From NCBI RefSeq assembly GCF_001194135.2, contig NC_068992.1, positions 37,785,687 through 37,842,868 on the forward strand: a stretch of DNA of 57,182 nt, given 5' to 3'. Every line of letters begins with the position of its first letter. Position 1 is the first letter of the stretch. Both the position numbers and the translations under genes were made by a program. A model generated the notes under the pieces. It saw only the letters and a program-made list of their open reading frames with translations, ran no database searches and was not told the DNA's origin. The DNA comes from Octopus bimaculoides. Its lineage: Eukaryota. Of this stretch, positions 34,737-47,043 are shown piece by piece.

Positions 34737-36640
34737 TTGTTTCTCAAACATTTGTTGCTTATGGACCCCTTTGATTTCAATTTTACTCAGGTGGACCCTT
34801 CTAGCCATTCAATGTTAAAATATCTTATTACCATATTTCCCAGCTTATAAGACGCATTTATTTAGAAGGTAATAATCAGAAAAAAAAGTTAAGAGTGCCT
34901 AATACCAAGTAATATTTACTCTATTAGCAAACGTCAGCAAAAGCTTGTTTCAACTTGTTCTTTCAGCTGTGACTTCAGAACATTAAATATTATGTTAAAA
35001 TCTATTGGAGTTCTTCACTTTTATTTTTAAAACACTGTCATCAGATTAGTGAGGAAATAAAAAGGAAAAACTATAATTTTATTCATCTTCATACCCAGAA
35101 AATTCACTGCTGTCTACAAAATCAGAAAAATCACTGTTTTCTGTTCCATCATACCACATTTTTTAAAAGACTTCACAATAATCTGTTTTCACTTTTTCTC
35201 ATGCAATAGTCTGTTTTCACTTTCTCTCTTGCATTATCTGATGTTTTAATAGTCACATTTTTATTAGTAAGTAAATCAACAGTCCTGTTAGAAGGAACAT
35301 CAAAAGTGAGGGGAACCTAGTCCATGTTTCCAATTTGGCTGAGCTCATACATGGTTTATTTTCTGGCATTAATTAGAAACCTTCGTATTCATCAGGCATT
35401 CTCTGAGCAATCCTAGTGTGGGTCCTCATTTCATAAACTGTATTTCATAAACCGGTAACACCAGCTTGCAGTGCCATGAAAATCTTCTATCCCATTTTGT
35501 TTTGCCCAAGCTCTGACCTCATTCATTATAGTTGATGTACACACAGCATGACCATAATTCCTTTCATTTATTACCTAGTTCTTAATTTCATCTTCCAGTG
35601 CTGGCCATCTTGCTGGTTTACGATGAAGATTATGCTTTTTCTTCTGTGCTGTCCTCAGTCTGTCTTCTTGTTGATGCCATGCTTTTATCATCTTCACAAT
35701 AGGTGGTGGCCCAAACTTCCTCTCTGCAGGTCTATTGCCATTTATTTTGGCATAATCAACTACCATTAATTTAAAATGTATGGTACATGCATGACTATTT
35801 TTCCCAGCCATCATACAAAAAATGGGTATCGTAGCTGAAAATGTAAAAATTTATGGTACTTCAATATGGTGAAGATAATCTTATTACTATTCGTTTCCCA
35901 TTGACCCTGGGTTATGATGATCTCCCAATTTGAATTGATGAGTTGGCTGAGTTGCTGCTGTGTGCACAGCTCTATAGAGTGAGGGTCTCAGAGTTCATAC
36001 TGACATGTCTTTGTCAGTGACTATAGGTTATAAACAAAAATGGCTGCTCCAGCTGTTGTTGGGCCATCATATTTGCTTGGCAATATTTGACACTGTAACT
36101 ACCATAGCATATGGTAAATATGATTACTGGTACCTAGTAATAAAGTGAAAGATGCTGCTTTGTGGCTTCGGTAGTTAAGAAAAAAGAAAGGAAGGTGTTA
36201 CTGAAGGAGGAATTTTGTTTTCTGTCAATATCCTAGTACTGTATCTGTATTTCATAAATAGCTTGTCTCAAAATGTTATCAATTTACTGTAATTTTGAAA
36301 CACTGGACTTGTTTTAGTTTCAATGGCTAGGCATCGGGTGTAACTGGGAGAGCTACAGCTCACCCCACACCAAAAACATATAGCTCCTGTCACTGACCTT
36401 CAGTTTATAGGATGCAGGGCGGTATTTGGAGATATTTTGTAGAAAAAAAGTGCATCTAATAAACTGCAAAATATGGTACATACTTATAATTAAATATAAT
36501 TAAATATAATTTGGAATTGATGAAAAAGTTATTGAAATATTTTGTGTAACGTAGAAGTATAACCAATTTATTGGAGATAAATTTTAAAAGCAAAATCTTA
36601 TATAGACCCTGAATGGTTTAGAGGGACATATGTAATAATT
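34737..36640. mobile_element. hAT (Charlie-like) MITE remnant split by the pogo insertion
   Basis: Left end cattgtttctcaaac...tatggacccc resembles CAGTGTTTCTCAA hAT MITE termini. The right end is degraded. Confidence 0.4.
34831..36476 (-). mobile_element. pogo-family (POGK-like) transposon, internally deleted, with TIRs and TA TSD
   Basis: TA|CCATATTT...TTATAAGACGCA on the left and TGCATCTAATAA...AAATATGG|TA on the right. ORF 35575-35814 (FKLMVVDYAKINGNRPAERKFG...RWPALE) is a Brinker-like DNA-binding domain leading into an HTH. Confidence 0.85.
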
Positions 36641-36779
36641 TACTATGAGCTATGTGTTTTAGAGTAAAGCTTAGTAGCCATAAAGTTAAAGACATATGGT
36701 CATGTGATCAAATTTTACTGGTCCAACAAAATCTACAAGTAGCTTGGACCACAGACTGTCTGTCTTAGGCCATGATTGG

Positions 36780-39700
36780 AATTTCACCAGTGGAGACTTT
36801 GCTGCGAGAGCATAATCATTCAATATCACAGTCCATAGTAGTCCAATACATGTAACACCTCATTACTGATTTCATTTCTTGAAATCCCCAGGTCTCCCAT
36901 ATGAAATTCACTTAATACATGCTTTTGTAGTGTGGCTGGCACTACAACTCTTTGTGTGTACATCAACACATTATCACACAGAGAAAAATGGTTTGCGTTT
37001 TTGTTACATATATTTTTCTTTTCTTTTACCTTCAATATTTCTTTCATCTTTGCAATGAATTTGTCATTCTCCGATTTTAATTTTATATCTTGAACTGGCA
37101 GCTCCCAAATGATGCTACAGAAAATGTTTTTTTATTTCATTTTTTCACTTCAACACAGCAATCATAGTATCTTCGAATAGTTCTGTATTTTTTGGAATTA
37201 GCTTTGATAACAATCTGCATGGCCTAACCTCTTGGATAGTGTATACTCCATCTTAAAAATATAATTCAACAATATCGTACCCCAGCAGTGTAACCTATTT
37301 GCAGTATGGGTAGGAATTCCTTTCTTCAACCCCAAAATTGATAATAATGGTTGGTGACCAGTTTGTAGCTGAAAACTTCTACCGTGCAAAAATCTGTGAA
37401 ATTTCTTCATGGCAAAAATGATCGCTAGAGCTTCTTTCTCTATTTGACTATAATTTTTCTTTGCTGCTATCAGAGAAAGTGAGGCATAAACTACTGCCTT
37501 CATATTACCGTCTTTATATTTGTGTAGCATTACTACTCCTATGCTGTATTCAGAAGTGTCAGAAGCTACAACAATCTCTGCTGCGGGACTGAAATGAGCC
37601 AGCAACAAATCCGATATTAATAATTTTTTAATATCGTTAAGTGCCTTTTGCCAATTATTTGACTAATTCCATTTCACATCCTTTTTTTAGCAAATTAATA
37701 TAGATTATTAATATAGTGGAGCTCTTAATTCATGCATATTTGGTATATAATTTTGATAATTATTCACTAAACCTAGAAAAGCTTTTAAGGTCATTATATT
37801 AGTCAGAGAAGGTATATTTTTAATTGCGTCTGTCCTTGATGGGTCCAATCGTCATCCATTCCTGTCGATAATTTGTCCTAAATACTTAATTTTAGGTAAG
37901 AAAAATTCGCATTTTTTCTCAGTGTGAAACCGTAATCTTTTATTTTTTCAAAAACGCATTTTACATGCTTGACATGCTTATCACGAGATTCACTTTTAAT
38001 TAATATATCATCCAGGTATGGAATTGCAAATTCACAGTCCACTAACATTGTATCCATAACCTGTTGAAAAATTGCAGGTACAATCTTTAGACCAAATGGT
38101 AATCTGTTATATTTATATAGTCCTTTACTTGTATTCACTGATAGGTATTTTGAGCATTCCTTGTCAACTCTAACCTGTAGGTTCACATTGGAGAGATCTA
38201 GTTTTGAAAATACCTTGCCCCATTTAATTTTGCAAAAATTTCTTCCAGAGTAGGTAGTGGATAGTGGCACATCTTTAGACATTCATTCAAACCAGTGGAA
38301 AAATTGACACACACCCTGATTTTGCATATTCCACTTTTTGATGACTCTAGTTTTCTCTGTCTAATTCTTCATTGACGTGTTTTATCACAGCAAAGGTACT
38401 GTTCTTTTTGGCTTGAACACTGGTATTGCATTTTCCTTAATTTGGAAACATGCCTCAGTCTTAGCAGACAAACTTAATTTATTCGACAAAACTTCAGAAA
38501 AAACATTAAAAAATTTTTTCTTCAATTCATATGATGCCTTATTCAGGAACAATCATTTATGTTTTTACAGAACAGATTTATGGGGAGGTCCCATAAATCG
38601 AACAACTCCATCTACTCAGTACTGAATAAGTTTGTTGCACTTTTTAACACAAACACTATTGGTTTACAGATTTTGCCACGAAATGTAATGTAGCTTACCA
38701 TTTTGCCTAAGAAATATAATCTTTCACCTGTGATGCCTCGTGCACTTTTTGATGTTTTCTTTAATGTAGGTTTTCCAATTTTCTTTCACATGTCAGTATC
38801 AATAAGTGTAATGTCACTACCTCTGTCTAGTTGTAGTTTCATGTTTGCATCATTTATTTTTATATACACATGCTTTCTTTTTTGGGTGTCGTCATGACTT
38901 TCTGTTGAGCAAACCTTTTTTAGAGAAATTTTTTTTTTTGCTTCACTATGCAGTGTAAGCTTTTATGTCCTATTTTTTGACAACTAAAACATTTCTAAGT
39001 TTTAAATGGACAGTCTTTATTAAAATGCAGACCTCCACACCAATATCATGGATATGGTTGTAGCATTTTTTTTCTTCTTTATTTATTCCCACTTGACCAA
39101 TTTTCTTTATGTCTTATCACAAGTTGATAATTCTTTAACATTCCTCTGCTACCGCCTGCAGGGTTAAATTCTGGTCCTCCTGTTCTAGTTTCGTAAGAAT
39201 CTGTGCATCTTTGCTTGTTGTGAATCCTTGCACAAAAATGAGGCATTTAAACATGTCTGGAGATAATTCCTTCAGTTTAAATTTTTCGCACATTTTATTA
39301 TGATTCCAGCATAGCTGACAAAATCTTTGTCCTCTTTTACTAGGTTCAAACACTCACAGTGACTGTTAAACAGAGAACCCTTATTACTGAACATTTTGGA
39401 TAGCAATTCAATTGTTTCCTCAAAACAAATTTTACTTGTTTTTTTCAGGCAAGATAAAATTACAGTATTTTTCATGTTCTGAAGGACCTAATTTCTGTAA
39501 CAGTATTCTCACTTTTTCATCATCTGTCCAGCACTTGCATTCTTCTGTGAAGATTTTTTCTTATCTTCTGAGATACACTGAAAAAATTATACCCTCTTTT
39601 GGGTTATGACTAAATTCAGTTATAGCATTTGCAACACTGTCTGGCAAAAATGAACTTGCAGTGTTTCCCGACTTCAACATCAATTCCAGCAACTGATTGT

Positions 39701-39780
39701 GTTGTCGTGTTGTAGTTGTTGGTGCAACTGTTGCTGTTGCAACTGTAATATGTCCATAATTAACGAATTTTTTGTATCAT
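36780..39780 (-). mobile_element. Gypsy LTR retrotransposon internal region (gag, PR, RT, RNase H, start of integrase), degenerate and 3'-truncated
   Basis: RT: FSKLDLS..LQ, YNRLPFGL..PAIFQQ, YLDDILI. RNase H: VASDTSEYSIG, NYSQIEKEALAIIFAMKKFHRFLHGR. Integrase zinc-binding segment RVVVP...LSEFH.GD.G. Gag KLKELSPDMFKCLIFVQG. Confidence 0.93.
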
Positions 39781-39830
39781 AAAAAATTGTTTATGACCAA
39801 CATAAGCCTTGAATTACTTGTCATCACTTT

Positions 39831-40138
39831 TATAGCGTGATTTCTGGATATGTCACCTTGGTGTCGTGCACTATACAGTGTGATAATAGTACCATAGAAC
39901 AAATGGGGTAGATACCAACTGTCTCCCAAATACTCTGCCAACAACTGTAACTAATCCAAAACAACTCTCAATGACTATAACAACTTCTCAATAATTTCCT
40001 GTGACACCAGGAACTCAGGAACAATACCTTTCAATTTCCTGCGATTTCTCATCTATCGCTCTCAGTCAAACACGTTGCTACTTATACGAATTCAGCTAGT
40101 CCACTCTCACAGAGGGTGTCATGATTCTTGCCATAACA
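39831..40138 (-). mobile_element. Probable 5' LTR of the Gypsy element
   Basis: Minus strand starts TGTTATGG and ends gctata (a degenerate ...ACA). It is followed by tgatgacaag, a decayed TGGCGACGAG-type PBS, just before gag. Confidence 0.5.
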
Positions 40139-40299
40139 CATACTTAAATAAGAATTTCAATACAAAGCTCATCACTATGTTTTGTGAAAACATGGTTACA
40201 CTAAACAAGTAATTGCTCAAAAGTGAGCAACATGCTTTTGGTGCAATATTTGTACACTTTGACTTTTTGGATATTTCTTTTCTACATCCTAACTATCAT

Positions 40300-41410
40300 A
40301 TTTTACAACAGAAAAAAAAAGTTTTATATTCACAGATAGTGATTTAGAACTTGAAGACAGAAAATTCAGGCAAAATATGCAACCAGTACAACCATGTATA
40401 TGAAAGAGAATTGGATATTTTGATATCTGATAGCAAAAGCAGTGACTATGATAACAGTTCTGGTAATGAATACGAAAGTGAGGAGTTTCTATCAAAAACA
40501 TAATGAACAGAGATATAAGAATTGTTTTTTGAAAGAGACAGGACACAGGTACTGTCTTTTCAATGAGTCAAAAGCAATTGACCATTTTTTTCTTATTTTT
40601 TCTTCACCAGTTGCCTCAGATAATAACTGTAGAAACAAACTGTTATGCAGAATATAAATAGAAAGAGAGAAAAGATACTGCTGTGAATTTAATTTTTATA
40701 CAGGGTAAAAGAAACAATAATGTAAGTTAGCATTGCCTAAGGTACAGTGTGGCCTGGAAATTATTGCTTCCATATCATAACTAGGGCCATGTATTATTTT
40801 TGGTCCAGCTTGCACTAGATTTAGAAGCTGTGGAATCATAAACATGTTTTACAGTGACTTCAAATAGAAAAGGGCTGTCATTGAATATAAAAAAAGCAAA
40901 AGTAAAAAAGAAAGTTAAAATAATCCAACAGCAGAAAGGAAATTTGCAAGTGACTGCATACAAAGATAAGAGGCAAATAAAATTTTTATTCACTTATGCT
41001 CAACTACATGTGGGATGAAAATGGCACAGCATTTGTGAATCTCAATGACAGCAGTTGTATGGGGATTGTCAATGGAATGAGTAATAAGTGGAGGTGAGTT
41101 TATTGTAAATATGAATACTGTGAATGCAATTATACTATATACCAAATGTGGAGGGGCTCAAAAGCAATGTGACCATCTACAGTTCCAAGCAGATGTAACA
41201 ACACAATTGAGGGCAGGCTATCCATAAAAAATAACTGTTATACCTCTGAATTCAGCTGGTCTTCATAAAACAGAAAAAAATGCCAACATCAGAAAAAGAG
41301 AAAGTTCCTAGTGAACAGTCAAGTGAAATGACTTTCCAATGTGTATTCTGTAAGGTTGCATTATGTAGACTGGAATGCTTTACAAGTTTCCACGATCTTT
41401 TATTTATTTA
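40300..41410 (+). mobile_element. piggyBac-like transposase remnant
   Basis: Acidic N-terminus (DSDLELED...SDYDNSSGNEYES) and C-terminal CVFCKVALCRLECFTSFH (C..C.V.LC...CF..FH). Confidence 0.6.
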
Positions 41411-41508
41411 ATTTACCTGTAGTTTCAATTTACTTGTAAGGTGAGAGGATATGAAGACTGGGAAAGGTGATACTATTCTATATTTTTGAGATGAGGAATT
41501 ATGTACAT

Positions 41509-41772
41509 TATTTACAATGGATGGATAGGTGTCCTCATCTTGTTTGTTGTAATCACAATATTTCAGTTGATGTACTCTCTAGCCTTCATCAGGTGTTCTG
41601 GTGGAATTTCGAACCCAACCCTTTATTTGACGAATGGGGTACACTATACTCATTCCTAAGGTATGTTGCTGATGTTATTTTTCTGTTATTATTTTTTTAA
41701 AGTCCCTGCCTGGGATTGAACTTAGAATCTAAGGGTTAGTAGCCCATGCTCTTATCCACTATGCTATATGCC
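41509..41772 (-). mobile_element. tRNA-headed SINE-like element carrying a hammerhead-like motif; partial inverted copy at 41773-41973
   Basis: Minus-strand head GGCATATAGCATAGTGGATAAGAGCATGGGCTACTAACCCTTAGATTCTAAGTTCAATCCCAGG is tRNA-like. The body contains CTGATGA...GAAA. Confidence 0.7.
41552..41597 (-). ncRNA. Candidate minimal type I hammerhead ribozyme, degenerate stem II
   Basis: AACAC CTGATGA AGGCTA gagagtacat CAACT GAAAT ATT GTGAT: conserved core, palindromic ATAT stem III, AUU triplet, and 4 of 5 stem I pairs. Confidence 0.45.
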
Positions 41773-41974
41773 AATCCCAGGCAGAGACTTGAAAAATAAT
41801 ATCAACAGAAAAATAACATCAGCAATATACCTTAGGAATGAGAACAGTGTACCCCATTAGTCAAATAAAGGGTTTGGTTCAAAATTCCACCAGAACACCT
41901 GATGAAGGATGGAGAATACATCAATCGAAACTACAACAAACAAGATAGGACACCTATCTCTCCATTGTAAATAA

Positions 41975-43120
41975 AGGGAAAGGTGACATCTTAGACAGTA
42001 GTAATTACAGAGGTATCAAAATGTTGGACTATGTCATGAAAGTTACAGAAAAGGTTAAAGCTCAACTAATTAGGGAAAGAGTGAAACTAGATGAGATGCA
42101 TTTTTGTTTTGTGCCAGGAAGAAGCACTACTGATGCTATCTTCCTAGTGAGGCAATTGCAGGAGAAGCACTAAGCAAAAAATAAATTGCATTTGTCAACA
42201 TGGAGAAAACCTTTGATAGGGTCCCTCATTTTCTCATATGGTAGTCAATGCAGAAGCTAGGGTTAAATGAGTGGTTGGTGATAGCTGTCCAAATCATGTA
42301 CAGGGATACTGTCAGTAAGGTGAAAGCTGGCAATGAGCACAGTGACATTTAGTTTGCAGGTATAAGTTCACCAAGGATCAGTTCTCAGCTCCTTCTTAGG
42401 CAGATGAAGTTGCTCTGAAAGTGTAGTTGCTAAAATAAGAACTAGTTGAGCAAAGTTCAGAGAGATATTACCTTTCTTGGTAACAAAAGGCCTCTCCCTG
42501 AGATTGAAAGGCAGACTATGATGCCTGTGTATGGACATACTACATGGCAGTGAAACATGGGCTGGGACTGCTGAAGACATGCAAAAGTAATGAAGCTAGC
42601 AAACTCCAGTGGATGTGAAAAATCAGTATGCATGTATGACAAAGTGTAAATGTTTTGAGAGAAAAATTGGATATAAAAAGTACGAGTTATAGCGTGAGAG
42701 AGGAAACTGTGCCACGTGATGCATATGCATGAAGACAGCTGCATAAAGAAGTACTGATCTCTAAATGTAGAAGGGACCTGTAAAAGAGGAAGACCCAGGA
42801 AGGTGTGGGATGGAGTCATGAAAAGTAATCTTCAGATGTTGAGCCTCACAGAGGAGGTGACAAAAGACTGAGACAATTGGCGACTTGCAGTGCTTGAGAA
42901 AACTTGCCCAGCTAAGTAAAATCCATGTCTATGAACTCCTCCCCTACAACCCACCCATACTCAACACTGCTGTTTCCTCCTTCCCTCCATTCTCCCTCAG
43001 GTACCTACCTCCACACAATATGTTAAATCCCTTCTCCACAACACATCCTGCTAATACCCCCTCCCTCTACTAGTGCTCATTTGTTACATCTCCCCACCTC
43101 TAACTCTCACTCTCCTGAAA
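41975..43120 (+). mobile_element. RTE LINE RT fragment with deletions and a CT-rich 3' region
   Basis: KGKGD.LD..NYRGIKMLD, FVPGRSTTDAIFLVRQLQEK, EKTFDRVP, VHQGSVLS, GSETW. Confidence 0.85.
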
Positions 43121-43129
43121 TAATTTAAA

Positions 43130-43615
43130 GTCTGTTGTCCATGCTAGCATGGGTTGGATAGTTTGTCCAAGGCTGCGCCAGACTCCAGTCTGATTCAGCA
43201 TGGTTCCTATGGCTGGATGCCCTTCCTAACGCCAACCACTCTGAGAGTGTAATGGGTGCTTTTACATGCCACCAACATGGGTGCCAGTTGTGTGACACCA
43301 GTATCTGCCACGACTATGACTTCACTTGGCTTGATGGGTCTTCTGAAGCATGGCATATCACCAAGGGTTTCGGTCATTTGTTTTTGTCTCCATGAGGCTC
43401 AATGCTTGAAAGGTGCTTTTTATGTGCCACTGGCATGGGTGCTAGTTACATGACACCAGCATTAGCCACATTGACTCAGTGAGGCCTACCACTAACACTC
43501 AAATGGTGCTTTTTATGTGCCACTGACACAGGTGCCAATTGTGTGACACCAATATCTGCCATGACTACGATTTCACTTGGCTTGACTGGTCTTCCCAAGC
43601 ACAGCATATTGCCAA
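43130..43615 (-). mobile_element. RTE 3' UTR / SINE-like module, diverged
   Basis: Contains tccatgctagcatgggttgg...gctggatgcccttcctaacgccaaccactctgagagtgt plus tandem units. Confidence 0.8.
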
Positions 43616-43969
43616 GAAATAATTCTATGACTAGCAGAAAGGTATATCATCATCTGAACTAGTTAGTAGTATATCACTGATCCACCTGTTTCCCTGCAAG
43701 CCCCACATTAAATTCTTCCTGCCCATATTTATTCAGTGTGAAAATGTTGACACAAAGATGTTCAAATTGAACATTAACTGTATTATCTTACCAGTCATGG
43801 AAGACCTGCAATTGTCATGCCTTCCTCTGGACAAAGTCATAAAAAAAAAATCACAAGGTACAATATATTTTGTAGGCCAAGAAAAATAATTGTGTTACAT
43901 CCCTAAGAAAGGTATTTTGTTGTTAGTATGTTTTTGCCTTATTTGAAATCCATTTTTTACTATTGTGTC

Positions 43970-44515
43970 TAGATGTCAAGACACCCAAACCCCAATCATC
44001 TATGTGTGATATGTGTGAATTCTAAGATGGTCAATTTTCTCCTGGGGCAACAAAGCAGATACACCAAATATACATGCTTTTTATGTATGTTGGACAGCAT
44101 ATTCATGAAAAAACATTGTGTGAGCAAAGACTGGATGCAGCAAAAATGAGTTCCAGAGTCTTTTTTATGTGGTTGAAGAGCCTTTAGTTTAAACAGGAAA
44201 AAAATCATCTTACCTCCACTCCATATCAAACTTGGCATTATGAAGCAATTTGTTAAAGCTCTGGATAAAGACAGACCATGCTTTCATGTTATTTGCAGCA
44301 CATTTCCTGGTTAGAAAATTGATGAAAGATGGGAACTTTGTAAATGACTTTCTGAGCAACAAGAAAGCAGCCAACTATGTCAAAATAGTCTACAACATGC
44401 TGGAGAGCTTTCAAATGTTGGGACCAAATATGAGCATAAAGATGCACTATCTTCACAGTCACATTGATAAATTTCTTAAAAATCTTGGTGACACAAATGA
44501 TGAATAGGCGGAATG
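43970..44515 (+). mobile_element. DNA transposase fragment, Chapaev3-like (CMC superfamily)
   Basis: KMVNFLLGQQSRYTKYTCFLCMLDS, LPPLHIKLGIMKQFVKALDK and MSIKMHYLHSHIDKFLKNLGDTNDE. The family name is from memory of this motif set, not from a search. Confidence 0.7.
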
Positions 44516-44519
44516 TTTC

Positions 44520-46600
44520 CTCTTCCTCCTCCTCCACCACCACCACCACCATCATCATTTAACGTCCGTTGTCCATGCTGGCATGGGTTGGATGGTTTGC
44601 CCAGAGCTGGCAAGCTGGAGAGCTGCCCAGGCTCCAGTCTGATTTGGCATGGTTTCTACAGCTGGGTGCCCTTCCTAACACCAACCACTTTACAGAGTAT
44701 GCTGGGTGCTTCTACATGGCACTGCCCCCATGGCATGCCATGGGTGATTTTACGTGGCACAACATATGGATGTTTTTATGTGGCACCACAAAAAGTACTT
44801 TTTATGTAGCACTGGTACAGGATTCTTCCAGGTCAATCTTTTTCACCAGGGGAAAAGACAGTCTTCTGCTGTGGAGTACGGGTCTTCTTGAGTATAGCAA
44901 GGCACCAGGTATCTCAGTCCTTCATCATCTTGCCTGAAAAGTTCAGCATCCTGAGGTCACTCTTCAGTACTTCATCCCATGTCTTTCTGGGTCACCCACT
45001 TCTACATGTTCCATTTACTTTGAGAGATCAGCACTTCTTTTTGGAGCTGTTAGTATTTATCTGCATCACATGACCAAACCAGTGCAGTCTTCTCTCTTAT
45101 ACACTGTCTCTAATTCCTCTTATGCCTAACTTCTCTCTCAATACACTAGCACTCTTGTCAAACATGTACACTTACATTACACATCTAGTGGGCCATACCA
45201 GCCTCATTCCTCTCCAACCTTTCCATGTTCTCTGCATTCTCTCTCACTACCATGTAGAATTGCTGTCTGTATACATGCATCATACAGTCTTCCTTTCATT
45301 CAGAGAAAGAAACCTTTTGTAACAGAGGTAACGGCTCACTGAACTTCATTCAGCCTATTCTTATTCTAGTTATCACATTCTATGTGCATTGTCCTCCACC
45401 ACTAATTTGGTCCCCTACATAGTAGAAATTATTTACTACCTCTAATGAGCCGCCAGGGCATTTGAGAGAATTAATTTCTCTAGCTTCTATAGTTTTTATG
45501 GATCCTGTGCATCTTCCACATATGAACACTACCTTCTCTGATAATTTTCCTGTTAATTCACTGCACCTGTTGTGTATCTATAGCTTACACTGGGTACACC
45601 ATATGGAGTTCCTGCCTACATCTTTCCTACAAACTGAACAGGGCCACCTACCTGAAGGGGGCAGGGTCCTGTTTGTTTTCTTGCTTACTATGATCTTAGT
45701 CTTTGCTAAGTTAACCTTAAGATCCTTAGATTTCAGGTTTTGCTGGAAGAATTTCTCTTCTAGCTTTGATATGGAATCTGCTATGAGGGCAAGATCATCA
45801 GCATATAGTAGTTCTCAGGGGCTGCTAGTCTTAAATTCCTCTGTTATGGCCTGAAGGACAATGATGAAAAGGAAGGGACTGAGGACTCAGCCTTGATGAA
45901 TCCCCTACCTGTACACCAAATTCTTCACTGTACTCTCACCTTCTCTGTACATGGCCAGTACAGCTTTCACCAGCCACTCGTCTATCCCTAGCCTTCTCAG
46001 ACACCACACAGCAAGGTACTCAACTGAAAGCTTTCTCAAGATCAACGAATGCCAAGTATAATGGTTTATTCTTTGCTAAGTACTTCACTTGCAGTTGCCT
46101 GACTATGAAAATAGTGTCAGTAGTGCTTCTTCCCTGCTCCTAATTAATTGGGCTATTACTCTCTGTAATTTTCATCACCTGGTCCAAGAGTTTGATGCCT
46201 CTATCTAAAGTGTCATTCTTACCCTTGTAGCAGCTAACAATAATGCTGCTATCCAGTCACCTTCCTGAATGACCTGATTGACTATGTAGGTGACTAACCT
46301 GTATCCTACCTTACTGGATATTTTGAGCATCTCAGCTGTGGTTCTGGATGGACCAGGGACTTTCCTGTTTTTAATTGCCTTGTCTACCATATTGCTGTCC
46401 ACTAGGATAGCTGGTCCCTCTGTTGGGTTCACATAAGGGAGACTCCCTTTCTCCCATTCATTCTCTACATTCAACAGTCTCACATAGTAACTTTTCCATG
46501 CCTCTTTCTCGTCCATATCACTCAGTGCAAGCATACCATTATCCATCTGCACACACTTCTCTCCTACAATACCTCGATTCTTACTGTCTAGTAATCCAGA
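44520..46600 (-). mobile_element. 5'-truncated RTE LINE, degenerate
   Basis: (CAC/CAT)n tail at ~44.53-44.56 kb, then 3' UTR, RT C-terminus and the linker KEAWKSYYVRLLNVENEWEK...PGPSRTTAEMLKIS. Confidence 0.88.
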
Positions 46601-47043
46601 ACACTTCAGGACATAAAATCAATAGAACAAAGGTATCAAGGCAGATGACAGTGGAATTAGGCTCATGATCTTCATGAATTTCAGCACTCAAGAAAATCAT
46701 CCAAGTGCAAATTCATGGGAAATTAGGCATAAACAATGATGTAATTAATCCATAGAAATTTAAAGATTTTTACTAGTTTTACAGTAGAATTTTAAGAAAA
46801 TATTCTGGTTTTGGAGAAAAACTAATTTCTATGTATGTTATGCCTTATTCCTCGTAAACTGTGGATCCAACATCTTAAAATTTATTTTGTTGGCCTGTAT
46901 AATCTGCCTAGTTCAGTCTCTCTTAAAGGTAAATAGTTACATTCTTACTTCCCTATTGAATGGCTGTTGACAGACAAACATAAAACTCTCTAGCTCCAAC
47001 CAAATATTACTGGACTATATTCTGTTAGCAGTATATTGTTTAA

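Noticed and set aside
41700-41772. tRNA-like sequence (also 1330-1400 and 18205-18260)
   Set aside because: The cloverleaf is imperfect and runs on into a repeat body, so these are SINE heads rather than tRNA genes.
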